Shown here: one piece after another, positions 10,783 through 19,239 of the stretch
Layout of the letters: each line of letters starts with the position of its first letter
Position numbering within the stretch: position 1 is the stretch's first letter
NCBI GenBank assembly: GCA_963771555.1
Contig: CAVYTM010000001.1
Span: forward strand, 332,859 to 396,858
Direction of reading: 5' to 3'
Origin: an uncultured Thermoplasmata archaeon
GTDB lineage: Archaea; Thermoplasmatota; Thermoplasmata; Lutacidiplasmatales; UBA184
DNA: 64,000 bases
The notes under the pieces: model-generated
Seen by the model: the letters and a program-made list of their open reading frames with translations, nothing else
The model's database searches: none
Told to the model about the DNA's origin: nothing
Position numbers and translations under genes: made by a program

Positions 10783-11475
10783 GTGGACGTCGAAGGTTGG
10801 GGAATTGCGACCTCTCTGGGGGTCCTGACGACCGTCCTCACCGTCCTGGCGATCCGGGGCTTCGTCCGCTTCTATCAGACGCGCAAGCACTCCCAACTCG
10901 GCTGGGGGGTCGGCCTGGGGTTCGGGGCGACCGCCACCGCGATCGAGCTGCTCGCGTACGCGGGGACCGTGTCCACGATCATGCTGCAGGCCTACGTGTT
11001 CTTCTCGGCCGCGATTGTCGGAACCCTCTCGCTCGGCTCCGTGCGCGCCTTTCGCCGACCCCTCTACCGGAACCTCTACGCCAGCTACATCATCGCGGTC
11101 TCCGCGGTGGTGGGGTTCTTCTGCTTCACGACTCCCGTTTCCGGGTCGATGGTCCAGGGGGGTGTCATCTCCGGTAACCCGCCCGTCTTCCTTCTCGTTC
11201 TCTCCTCGTTGATCACGGTGCCGGCGACCATCGTTCTCCTCGGGTTCGCGGTCATCTCCCTGCGGCGTGCGTTCCATTGGAAGGGCCTCCTCATGATCGC
11301 CGGCGCCAGCGTCCTGGCCGGCGGTGGCGTGTTCTACATCGCTTCGTTTCCCGTCGCGCTATACTACGCCGAGTTCGTCGGGATCGTCCTCCTGTTCATT
11401 GGTCTTACCGACTTCTCTCGATGGCTCACCCCGGCCTCAGCGACCGCGAGCTCGCCGGCCAATCGAACGGCGTAG
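10783..11475 (+). CDS. Polytopic membrane protein of unknown function
   Basis: GTG start. It has 6-7 hydrophobic helices and non-artefactual amino-acid composition. I recognise no motif. Confidence 0.5.
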   Translation: MDVEGWGIATSLGVLTTVLTVLAIRGFVRFYQTRKHSQLGWGVGLGFGATATAIELLAYAGTVSTIMLQAYVFFSAAIVGTLSLGSVRAFRRPLYRNLYASYIIAVSAVVGFFCFTTPVSGSMVQGGVISGNPPVFLLVLSSLITVPATIVLLGFAVISLRRAFHWKGLLMIAGASVLAGGGVFYIASFPVALYYAEFVGIVLLFIGLTDFSRWLTPASATASSPANRTA

Positions 11476-11586
11476 TCCGGCCACCCCTCTCGGGGGCGCT
11501 CCCGTTCGAGGATTGTTCGGCCTCGGAGCATCGGAGAAGTAGCCGATAGGTAGGGATTTGAATCGGTCCGGTCTTGGGGCGAACCG

Positions 11587-12048
11587 ATGACGAGATTGCC
11601 CGGCCCCGAATACCGTGTCACGACCGTGCTGCGTGTGCCGCTCGCGTTCGCGTTCCGCTGGTGTACCGACTTTCGCCCCGACGATGCGCGGCGCGAGGGC
11701 GAGACGTACGAGCGCAGGATCCTCGAGCGGAGCTCACGGCGGGTCGTTTACGAGGACCTCGAATCGACCCCCACCGGCTGGCGCTGGGCGCGACATTCGG
11801 TAGTTCGGAAGCCCCCGAACCGCTGGCATTCCGATTCCATCGGAAACTATCGGGACGCACGGCTCGACTACGCACTCGCATCCCTCGGTCCCGAGCGGAC
11901 CCGATTCACCCTCGTTTGGCGACGGCGTCCTTCGGCGTTGGCAGGGAAACGTCCATCCAAGAAGTCGATCGAGTTGAGCACCCTCCGCGCTTGGAGAACC
12001 TTCGCGAAGGCCATGGAGAGCGACTACCGCAGGGGTCGCCGTCGATAG
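11587..12048 (+). CDS. SRPBCC (START/polyketide cyclase-like) family protein
   Basis: Size and pattern fit the family (VLRVPLAFAFRWCTDFRPDD ... TRFTLVW). This is a weak family-level call. Confidence 0.55.
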   Translation: MTRLPGPEYRVTTVLRVPLAFAFRWCTDFRPDDARREGETYERRILERSSRRVVYEDLESTPTGWRWARHSVVRKPPNRWHSDSIGNYRDARLDYALASLGPERTRFTLVWRRRPSALAGKRPSKKSIELSTLRAWRTFAKAMESDYRRGRRR

Positions 12049-12226
12049 GCTCGCCCTCCGATCGTGGGGGTCCGTTCCGGCTGCGCCGGGGGAAGAGCGG
12101 GGAGTTGTCGGATCCTTCCGGCCCGCCGCACGTTCACAGAATCGTCGCGGTACTTAGCGCACACACTCGAGTCGTCGGGGAACAGAACGCAGGGCGTGTG
12201 CTCCGTCGAAGGTCAGCCCGTTCGAT

Positions 12227-13546
12227 TCAACATGCGGCGCTGATCGCCGAGGGAGTGGAGCAGTCGGCGCAACACCCCTGGCCGTGGGCCAGGAACGATT
12301 CGCGCAGGCATTCGCTGCAGATCGGTCGGAGGCATTTGGGGCACGGACCGCTCATGCGGAGATTGACGACCACCTTCGAGCAGGATGCGCAGACGGTCTT
12401 CGGGCCGGCCGGGTCCGGCGAGCGCCGACCGGGCCGGCGACCCTCGACCCGGTCGATCCCTCGCAGGTGCGGTGGGATCGGATTGGCCGCCTCGAGGAAC
12501 AGGTCGTCCGCGTTGGAACGTCGTCCCAGGAAATCGACCGACCCTCCTACGACCGGCGAGGGACGGAAGGTCGTTACCGAGGGCGCCTCGGGCGAAGTCT
12601 CTTGGCCCGGAGGGTTGATGGGGTCATCCTCGACATTTCCCGCGAGATCCTCCTCGGCCATCGACGGATCAACCTCGGTCACTGATGGAGAATCACCCGA
12701 CACTGGGGGAGAGGTTGCGCCGGAGCGTCCGTATCGAGCGATCGGTTCGCGTACCCCGACCTTGTCCGGGACTCCCGTCAGGAACGTGGTGTGACCGCCC
12801 GGGGCAGGGGGGAATAACCGGTCGAGCTCATCTTCGGTGTACAGGCTCGGCCTCCTCGCCGGCGGGGGTGGCGTATGAAAGAGAATCTCGAGGGTGGCCG
12901 GTGATCGCGCGGGTTCCTTCCTCTCCCCTTCCCTCGAGGGCGAACGGGTCATGAGCGAGGATACGGCGAGGTCTCCGGACATCGTCCTCGACCGCGCGGC
13001 CGCGCCTTGCGGACGATTGGGAACGGCGACCAGGCTTCCGGGTCGACTGACCGAATACACGGCCTTCCGGGACACTCCCACCACCTCGCTCCCCAACCGC
13101 CGCGTCTCGCGGGGCAGCCAGGAGAGCCAGGTCTCGTCGCCGGGATTCGCGGGAAGGGACAGGACCCGCCAGTCGGACCCACGTTTCGTGAAGGACGGCG
13201 CGAGGTGGTCCCCGAGGGCGGGACGGGAAACCTCGGCCGGCCTCGGCATGCGGAGCACCGGAGCCGGGGCTGGCTTGGATAGTGGCAACGGGTGATGCGC
13301 CCTCACGGGCGTCCCGCTCCACCAGTACAGCGAGAACAGAGCGGCGGCCACACCCCATCCCACGAGGAAGAGTGCGAGACTCGTTTGGGGACCGGGGGCG
13401 GTGGTTCCACCGATCAACAGAGCTAACCCCAACCCCGCAGAAGCGAGTCCAACGCCGGGAAGGAACCATCGATAGGCGAGGTCGAGGAACCGTTCCCCGT
13501 AGGCCGGGGTCGGCCCCGATTGGACAGCATGGACGTACCCGGTCAT
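12227..13546 (-). CDS. Membrane protein with 2 N-terminal TM helices, a long Pro-rich disordered linker and a C-terminal Cys-rich double zinc-binding module.
   Basis: TM helices are LPGVGLASAGLGLALLIGG and LALFLVGWGVAAALFSLYWW. The C-terminus reads CASCSKVVVNLRMSGPCPKCLRPICSECLRESFLAHGQGCCADC. Confidence 0.55.
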   Translation of the reverse strand: MTGYVHAVQSGPTPAYGERFLDLAYRWFLPGVGLASAGLGLALLIGGTTAPGPQTSLALFLVGWGVAAALFSLYWWSGTPVRAHHPLPLSKPAPAPVLRMPRPAEVSRPALGDHLAPSFTKRGSDWRVLSLPANPGDETWLSWLPRETRRLGSEVVGVSRKAVYSVSRPGSLVAVPNRPQGAAARSRTMSGDLAVSSLMTRSPSREGERKEPARSPATLEILFHTPPPPARRPSLYTEDELDRLFPPAPGGHTTFLTGVPDKVGVREPIARYGRSGATSPPVSGDSPSVTEVDPSMAEEDLAGNVEDDPINPPGQETSPEAPSVTTFRPSPVVGGSVDFLGRRSNADDLFLEAANPIPPHLRGIDRVEGRRPGRRSPDPAGPKTVCASCSKVVVNLRMSGPCPKCLRPICSECLRESFLAHGQGCCADCSTPSAISAAC

Positions 13547-13666
13547 GACGGAACCGATGGGAGGTGCCGGAAAGGCAGGCTTGAACCTATCGCGGCAGTG
13601 GAAGCACTTCCGGAGCGGCGGCCGTCGCCGGGCGCGAGCGCGTCATCGGCTCGACGGGGGGGTGCC

Positions 13667-14686
13667 TTACCTACGAAGTCGAGGGTCGAGCGCATCCCGG
13701 AGGCCGTCCGCGAGGAAGTTCACGCTGATAGCGAAGAGAAACAGAGTGAGCCCCGGGAAGAAGAACTGCCACCACGGGAACGAACAGCTACCATTGACGG
13801 AGGTTTGACACGCAGTGATGAAGGAATAGAGGACGGCTCCCTGAACCGAGAACGCCGTGATCGTCCCCCACTCGGGGAAGTTCTGGTACGGGAACACCTG
13901 GAAACCGATGAACACGATCGACGCGATGACGAGGGGAACCGTCCCCACATCCAACGAGAGTTGAACAAAGACCGGGTACATGCTGTTCGGGATGATGTGC
14001 TTACGCAACATCCGGCCGCCGGTAGCGCCCGATGCCTTGGCCGCCTCGACGTACCGCTGCTCCCGAACCACGAGGACCTGCCCACGGACGATGCGGGCGT
14101 AGGTCGGCCACCACGTGATCACAAAGGCTCCGATGAGGAGCCAGACCCGATCCCACAGATTCGTGATCGACGGAGCGAGCGCCGCGAGGATGATGATGAC
14201 GAGAAGGAGGCCCGGGATCGAGAGGAAGATGTCGGTCGTCCGCATGACCAGCTCGTCGATGATGCCGCCGTAGTAGCCAGAAACGACCCCGAGAACGAGG
14301 CCGATGAGCGCACCCAGGCCGACCACGCCGACCGAGATCGTGACCGACCACTGAGTTCCTTTGACGAGGCCATCGAACGTGTTGAAGAAGGTTTGTCCGG
14401 CCGGGTTCAGCGTAAGCGACCCAAAGGGAAGAGGTCCCAAAGTCGCCGGATGGAGCGAGACGGTAGGGCCGATGACGGACGGCATGCCCTGAGGCGTCTG
14501 ATAACAATTCGGAGCCGGCGGAAGCTCCCCACCGGGATACGTGCATATCTGGGTGAAGATTGGATTCGGTCCCGGCGCGAGCCCGTTCGTGGATTCGTAG
14601 GTCTGGAGCTGGGTCGAAGATGCCGGGTAGAAGAAGGAATAGACAAAGAGCACGGCGAAGCAGAGGATGATCCCCAGCCCGATCAT
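13667..14686 (-). CDS. ABC peptide/nickel-type permease (OppC/DppC family). The true start is probably GTG 14801, reached through a 1-nt frame correction near 14726.
   Basis: The binding-protein-dependent permease signature is YVEAAKASGATGGRMLRKHIIPN. Immediately upstream and in frame, with no start codon, lies TRRTWYFFRQNTLA, which looks like the conserved OppC N-terminus. Confidence 0.8.
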   Translation of the reverse strand: MIGLGIILCFAVLFVYSFFYPASSTQLQTYESTNGLAPGPNPIFTQICTYPGGELPPAPNCYQTPQGMPSVIGPTVSLHPATLGPLPFGSLTLNPAGQTFFNTFDGLVKGTQWSVTISVGVVGLGALIGLVLGVVSGYYGGIIDELVMRTTDIFLSIPGLLLVIIILAALAPSITNLWDRVWLLIGAFVITWWPTYARIVRGQVLVVREQRYVEAAKASGATGGRMLRKHIIPNSMYPVFVQLSLDVGTVPLVIASIVFIGFQVFPYQNFPEWGTITAFSVQGAVLYSFITACQTSVNGSCSFPWWQFFFPGLTLFLFAISVNFLADGLRDALDPRLRR

Positions 14687-14835
14687 GGCGAGGGTGTTCT
14701 GCCGGAAGAAGTACCAAGTCCTGCGGGTACTGGTCGATCCGAGGGTTCGACCTCCGCTTCGAACTCGGCGGGAGGGCTTGGGAACTCGATGCCTCGCTCA
14801 CGCTCTTCTCCCGTTAATCCTCCACCTACGGGACG

Positions 14836-14843
14836 CTATTTAT
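14836..14843 (-). promoter_or_regulatory. TATA-like box (ATAAATAG on the minus strand) upstream of GTG 14801
   Basis: This is the only AT-rich octamer in the vicinity. It lies about 35 nt upstream of the GTG that opens MSEASSSQ. GGTGGAGG lies between the box and the GTG. Confidence 0.4.
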
Positions 14844-15223
14844 GGATTCAGCGGGGTGGGGATCGAGCGAAATCGCGGTCCCGGGAGCAGAGCGCGGTCC
14901 TCTCCGACCATTGACCTCGGGCCGCGGGCCCGCGGTTCGCTACGACCCACGGTCGAACGGGAGGTGGGGGAGTCCGCGAACATCCCCCGCTCGCCGGAGC
15001 GGGGAGAGGGGTCCACGCAAGCAACTCCCCCGGTGTCGCTCTTCGAAGCAACGCCCGGAACGGGTCGTTACTTCTTCTTCGTCTTCTTGCCCTTCTTTGG
15101 CATCTTTGTTCTGTCTACCCGGCCGGCGACCGAGCGTGATGACTCCTATAGCGGCCCAACTATTTCAACAGCGAGCCCGCCGACGGGGTTGCGAGTCGAA
15201 CAACCGCGACAGGTCCTGCGTCG

Positions 15224-15427
15224 CGAGGGCGGGATCGACGAAATTCGTGGGCGGGAACACCATCTGGGCGGTCGGAGTCCGTGCTTCCTCGCCGGAACCC
15301 TTAGATACCGACCGCTTCTCCCTAACATGGCTTCGGCCGGGAGGTTCACGGTGGTATGGTAGCTCACGCAGAGACCGCTCCACCGCGAACCGCCTGATTC
15401 CGTCGACGGCGCGCCGCGGCCCGCTCC
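15224..15427 (-). ncRNA. Candidate structured RNA: a rod-like fold with two apical hairpins that resembles the SRP (7S) RNA S-domain. Identity is not established.
   Basis: No credible ORF is present. The contiguous segment 15224-15262 pairs in nested order with 15419-27, 15396-405, 15374-82 and 15355-64. Apical hairpins are at 15317-42 and 15267-314. The latter reads AAGGGUUCC-GGCGA-GGAAGCACGG, similar to the helix 8 pattern AGG..GNAR..AGCA. G.U pairs favour the minus strand. Confidence 0.35.
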
Positions 15428-15475
15428 CTGCGTCCTACTCCCCTTGATTCTTCGGGCCCGATCCGGGTCGAACCG

Positions 15476-16213
15476 ATGCCCAACGAGGGATATCTCGATA
15501 CGAGCGTGCACTGGAAAGTGCGGACGGGGCAGATCGCCTTCGCCGAGCCCACGCACCATGAGGTAGCGGATGCGATTTTGGAAACGGGCCTGGCCACGGA
15601 AGTGGGTCAGCGGCTCGGTTCCGGCAAGGAAGCCGATGTCTATCTCTGCCGAGACCGTCGACGATTCGTGGCGGTCAAGGTCTATCGGCAGTATCGGACC
15701 TCACATCGAGGAGGCGGTGCGATCAAGTTGGAGTCGATGGGGCAACGGGCCGTTCGCGAGTTCGAGCTACTCAGTTATGCCTGGCAAGGCGGGGCGAGAG
15801 TTCCCCAACCGGGCGAGCGAGTCGAGAACATGTTCTCCATGCAGTACTTGGGCACGTCGGACCAGGTGGCTCCGATGCTGCAACGCGCCCAGCTCGAGGA
15901 CCCGGAGCGATTCCTTCGGGAGACCGAGAACGGGGTCGAGGGGCTCGCCGAGGCCGGCATCATTCATTCGGACCTGAGCCCCTTCAATATCCTGGTGCAG
16001 GAGGGAAAGCCCTGGTTCATCGACCTCGCCGCCGGAATTCGCGTGGACCGGCTCGGGTGGCCTCCGTGGGAGCGCATGAATCAGGCCACCGAGTCGCTCC
16101 GCCGAGGAGTCGCATCGCTCGAGCGGTATTTCCGACGCTACGGCCTCGTTCTCGATGGCGCGGACCTGCTACGGCGCGCCCGGTCTCAGTTCGACCGATT
16201 CACGGTGGAATGA
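15476..16213 (+). CDS. RIO-type serine protein kinase
   Basis: Motifs present are GSGKEADVY (the P-loop equivalent), IIHSDLSPFNILV (catalytic loop) and FIDLAAG (metal-binding). Confidence 0.85.
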   Translation: MPNEGYLDTSVHWKVRTGQIAFAEPTHHEVADAILETGLATEVGQRLGSGKEADVYLCRDRRRFVAVKVYRQYRTSHRGGGAIKLESMGQRAVREFELLSYAWQGGARVPQPGERVENMFSMQYLGTSDQVAPMLQRAQLEDPERFLRETENGVEGLAEAGIIHSDLSPFNILVQEGKPWFIDLAAGIRVDRLGWPPWERMNQATESLRRGVASLERYFRRYGLVLDGADLLRRARSQFDRFTVE

Positions 16214-16238
16214 CCGTCGGAGACCGCGGGCGAGGCGC

Positions 16239-16829
16239 TCACAATCCGATCGCGAGCAGGGAGTTCATTGCCTGCTCGAGGGTCTGATCCGGAGAACCGC
16301 TCGCGTTGATCCGGACCCAGCGGGGAGGCTGGAACATCTGTTCGAATTTTCGTTTCACCTTCACGAGGTACGGTTCGTCCTCGAAAGCGTCCCGTTGGCC
16401 CTGGGCCTCGACCCGCTTCACGGCGACCTCGACGGGCGCATCCAGATAGAGGACGAGGTCCGGTTCCAGCGCCACCTCTCGCTCGATGCGGTCCACTTCT
16501 CGCCAGGCTTCCGGGCTGAGACCGGGATACTGGTAGGCCAACGTCGAATAGAACGAACGGTCCTGGATGACGATGTCCCCCATCTCGAGAGCGCGTTCGA
16601 TGAGGGGGCGGAGCAGTGCCCGGTCGACGGTGTAACAGAGCGCGGCTGCGACCGAATCCACCTTGATGAGACGGGCGAATTCGGAACGAAGATACTTGTC
16701 GGTCGGTTCTCGAAAGCTCGAGATCGAGTGGCCCCGGCCGAGCAGCGGTGGGACCAGTCGAGCGGCGAGCTCCGTCTTACCGGTGCCGTCGATGCCTTCG
16801 ATCACGATGTAGGTGGCGCGCTCGCTCAT
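16239..16829 (-). CDS. tmk: Thymidylate kinase
   Basis: YIVIEGIDGTGKTELA is the P-loop. Also present are REPTD and QDRSFYSTLAYQ. Confidence 0.9.
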   Translation of the reverse strand: MSERATYIVIEGIDGTGKTELAARLVPPLLGRGHSISSFREPTDKYLRSEFARLIKVDSVAAALCYTVDRALLRPLIERALEMGDIVIQDRSFYSTLAYQYPGLSPEAWREVDRIEREVALEPDLVLYLDAPVEVAVKRVEAQGQRDAFEDEPYLVKVKRKFEQMFQPPRWVRINASGSPDQTLEQAMNSLLAIGL

Positions 16830-17022
16830 GGCCGACCGTCGGGCGTACCAAGAGCGGGCCGGCGAGAGAAGCTACTTCGGAAGGCTGACAACGAAATGGG
16901 GCAGCCCCTCCCGGGCCATAATACCGATTGAAGTCGAAGGTTTCGCCGGCGAATGTCTAGGGTGTAACCTCTAACTTAATGAGGGGGCCGACCGAACGGG
17001 AGTCGGGAGCGGGTGAAGCGAG

Positions 17023-17433
17023 ATGAGCAGTGATCAGGACGGAACGCGGGAACGACCGTGGATTCTGAAGACGCCGAGCCTCACGTCGGAGTTCAAGGCC
17101 TTCCGCGACCCCCACTCGGATCCCCCGGCCCTAGTGGTCCGGGCGGGAACGACCGAGCTGCGATACCACCTCCGATCGATCGAGGACCTTCGAGAGATGT
17201 TGAAGGGCCGGCACGATTGGGTTCCGCTCGGGAGTGCGGACGAGCAGAAGCCCGCAGCCCCGGGAACGGTCGAGGAATGGGGTCGTTCCCCGAAGAATCC
17301 GGTCGGAGGCTGGTATGGGCTCCGCAAGGGGTACCGTGGGCGGTTCGGCATGTATCTCCCTCCGGTCCTCGAAAAGCTGGGTCTCGCCGAGGTGGAGCAC
17401 CAACCTAAGAACAATCGGATGCGAGCCCGCTAG
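17023..17433 (+). CDS. Conserved hypothetical protein
   Basis: The composition looks coding. The C-terminal GGWYGLRKGYRGRFGMYLPPVLEKLGLAEVEH..KNNRMRA resembles a widespread uncharacterised family that I cannot name with certainty. Confidence 0.5.
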   Translation: MSSDQDGTRERPWILKTPSLTSEFKAFRDPHSDPPALVVRAGTTELRYHLRSIEDLREMLKGRHDWVPLGSADEQKPAAPGTVEEWGRSPKNPVGGWYGLRKGYRGRFGMYLPPVLEKLGLAEVEHQPKNNRMRAR

Positions 17434-17557
17434 AGCGACCGCCCGGCCCCCTCCAAGCTCGCTGGGGAGAACGATCCCAAGGACACTTCGTGACCTCCTC
17501 CCTCCCCTCGGGCTAATAGCCTCGACCCGATAGGGGGTCGAGCGACGGAGGGGCGAA

Positions 17558-18097
17558 GTGGCGACGGAGGAGAAGCTCGGGGTCCGGATTGAGAGGAAGG
17601 CACCCACCCACCTGCTTCCCTTCGAACGCTTCTTTCGGGGGTTTGGCGAGGTCCCTGCCGTCCGCGGCCTCTTCGGCAAGAACACTTCCCGGGTGCTGAA
17701 GAATCTCAAGGTCGAGTTCTTCTCGGCACGCTTCGGGTACATGGGTACGAGCGACGTCGACGGCCACCTCCTGGTCAGCACGCACCACTTGAGCGATTCG
17801 GACTTCCGCACGGTGTATCTTGACGTGGTCCACGAGCTGTGCCACGTCAACCAGTTCCGGAAAGGTAAGCCGCTCTTCTACCCCAAGTTGAGCTACGTGG
17901 ACGCTCCTTCCGAGATCGAAGCCTATGCGTTTACGGTGAAGGAAGGTCGCCGCATCGGCATGACCAATCGCGAGCTGATCGATTACCTCAAGGTCGAATG
18001 GATCAGCAAGGCCGAGCACTTGCGTCTCGCGCGCCACACGGGTCTCGTGGGCCGAACATCGCGCACGAAGCCCCACCGCTCTCGGCTGCGACGCTGA
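17558..18097 (+). CDS. Putative zinc metallopeptidase-like protein (HExxH)
   Basis: GTG start. VVHELCHVNQF (HExxH) is followed by SEIEAYAF, a possible third-ligand Glu. I did not recognise a family. Confidence 0.45.
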   Translation: MATEEKLGVRIERKAPTHLLPFERFFRGFGEVPAVRGLFGKNTSRVLKNLKVEFFSARFGYMGTSDVDGHLLVSTHHLSDSDFRTVYLDVVHELCHVNQFRKGKPLFYPKLSYVDAPSEIEAYAFTVKEGRRIGMTNRELIDYLKVEWISKAEHLRLARHTGLVGRTSRTKPHRSRLRR

Positions 18098-18117
18098 ACG
18101 TTGCTGGCGGGTGGAAT

Positions 18118-18978
18118 TCACCGCGACGACATCGCGCGGGTGAGAACGTCGACCAGCATCGGGACCGCCCCGAGGGGGACGGGCCGAGAGTCACAAAGGG
18201 GTCCCGAGTCGATCCCCTTCTCGCAGACGAGATGGCCCTTCCGCCATTCCGCAATGTGCTCACAGTCCAAGCGGAAGACGAAATCGAAGAGATCTCGCCC
18301 CGGGCCTGCGGCCTCCGAGTAGCCGACGAAGACCGAGAAGCCGGCGGTTCGGTGGACGGCCAGGATCGGAGCGACCCGCTCGGGAGAAAACGCCGCCATG
18401 ACTCGGTGAGCGTTCGCGACCGCGAGCGCTCCGGGTCGGCCATCGTTGGGTCGCGTGGCCAGAATTCTTTGGGAGGTATCGGGGAGACGAAGGAATTCGA
18501 GGAGATGAGTGAGCGCGGCCGGGGTCTCGTCCGGACGGATGAGATTCGAGATCGCGAGGTTCGTGGTGAGATCGTTGGGTCTCAGTGTGTCCGGACGCTC
18601 GACCTTCCAAAGTCGTTCTCCCGCGATCCAACCGAGTCGGACCGGGTCAAACGCGGTTCGTTCCTCTCCCGGTACCCCGATGTCCAGCCAGTGGAAATCC
18701 GGTGTCGTGGCTTCCGCGAAGGCGTAGAGCGCGAGATTGACCAGCGGGCGGGAGGGGCCGTAGACGAAGACGGAGTTCGGGCGTTCGAAGAGTTCCGACG
18801 GGAAGAGGGTCGCTTCCTCGTCCGGGGCGGGCGCTCCCCCGATCGGAGGGCGGTGGGAAGGGAGCTTTCGGGGCGGTCCGGAAACGCCGATCGGCTCGGA
18901 CGGAGGGCTGTGCACGTGATCGGGTCGGCTCGGGTCGATGATCAAGGGAGACGGTACTGGCTGTGGGGCGCTCGACAT
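18118..18978 (-). CDS. Hypothetical protein, possibly a degenerate RecA/KaiC-like fold
   Basis: The N-terminus is Pro-rich. SVFVYGPSRPLVNLALYAFAE occupies the position of a Walker A strand-loop-helix but lacks GK[ST]. Confidence 0.4.
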   Translation of the reverse strand: MSSAPQPVPSPLIIDPSRPDHVHSPPSEPIGVSGPPRKLPSHRPPIGGAPAPDEEATLFPSELFERPNSVFVYGPSRPLVNLALYAFAEATTPDFHWLDIGVPGEERTAFDPVRLGWIAGERLWKVERPDTLRPNDLTTNLAISNLIRPDETPAALTHLLEFLRLPDTSQRILATRPNDGRPGALAVANAHRVMAAFSPERVAPILAVHRTAGFSVFVGYSEAAGPGRDLFDFVFRLDCEHIAEWRKGHLVCEKGIDSGPLCDSRPVPLGAVPMLVDVLTRAMSSR

Positions 18979-19239
18979 ATGCGGATTCGGACCTTGGTGG
19001 TCCGAGATGCCCAGCCCCGTCGGAGGCCTTGACGAAGTTCCGAACGTATTCGGCCCTCCGAACGGGTTCGGTGTCGGCCCGGCCGGTAAGCGGCAGGGTC
19101 GTCCCGCTCCGTAGGGGCCGCGAGACAGGGATTCCGCGATCCGGGGGCCACCCAGTAGCTCGCGTTCGTTTATATTCCCGGTTCGGATTCACCAGCGGCG
19201 GTCGGGCCGGCGCCCGGGGCCCACCGGTCCTAGGAAAAC

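Noticed and set aside
3222-14727. Two frameshift sites share the context AG-TAC-C (gag tac c tgg; cag tac c cgc). This raised the idea of programmed +1 ribosomal frameshifting.
   Set aside because: There is no rare or stop codon in the A site (CUG and CCG are common here). tRNA-Tyr cannot re-pair in the +1 frame. A third break, in lipA, has opposite sign and a different context. All three sit in G/C runs, which fits indel errors or ordinary pseudogenes better.
15274-15333. On the plus strand, GAGUCCGUG (15274-82) and CAUGGCUUC (15325-33) can pair like the RNase P P4 helix, including the U.C position. AACAUGGCUU resembles the CR-V region of a methanogen RNase P RNA as I remember it.
   Set aside because: The two strands are only about 45 nt apart, whereas several hundred nt are expected. 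The universal GGAAAGUCC and GUGAAA motifs are absent, and the G.U/A.C balance favours the minus strand. I treat this as coincidence pending cmscan.
15445-15475. The hairpin UUCGA-CCCG-GAU-CGGG-CC-CGAA lies immediately upstream of the RIO kinase ATG. It could be a riboswitch-like or attenuator element.
   Set aside because: It is short and generic GC-rich palindromic sequence. It could equally be the 5' end of the minus-strand RNA candidate or a bidirectional terminator. There is no specific motif to support a call.
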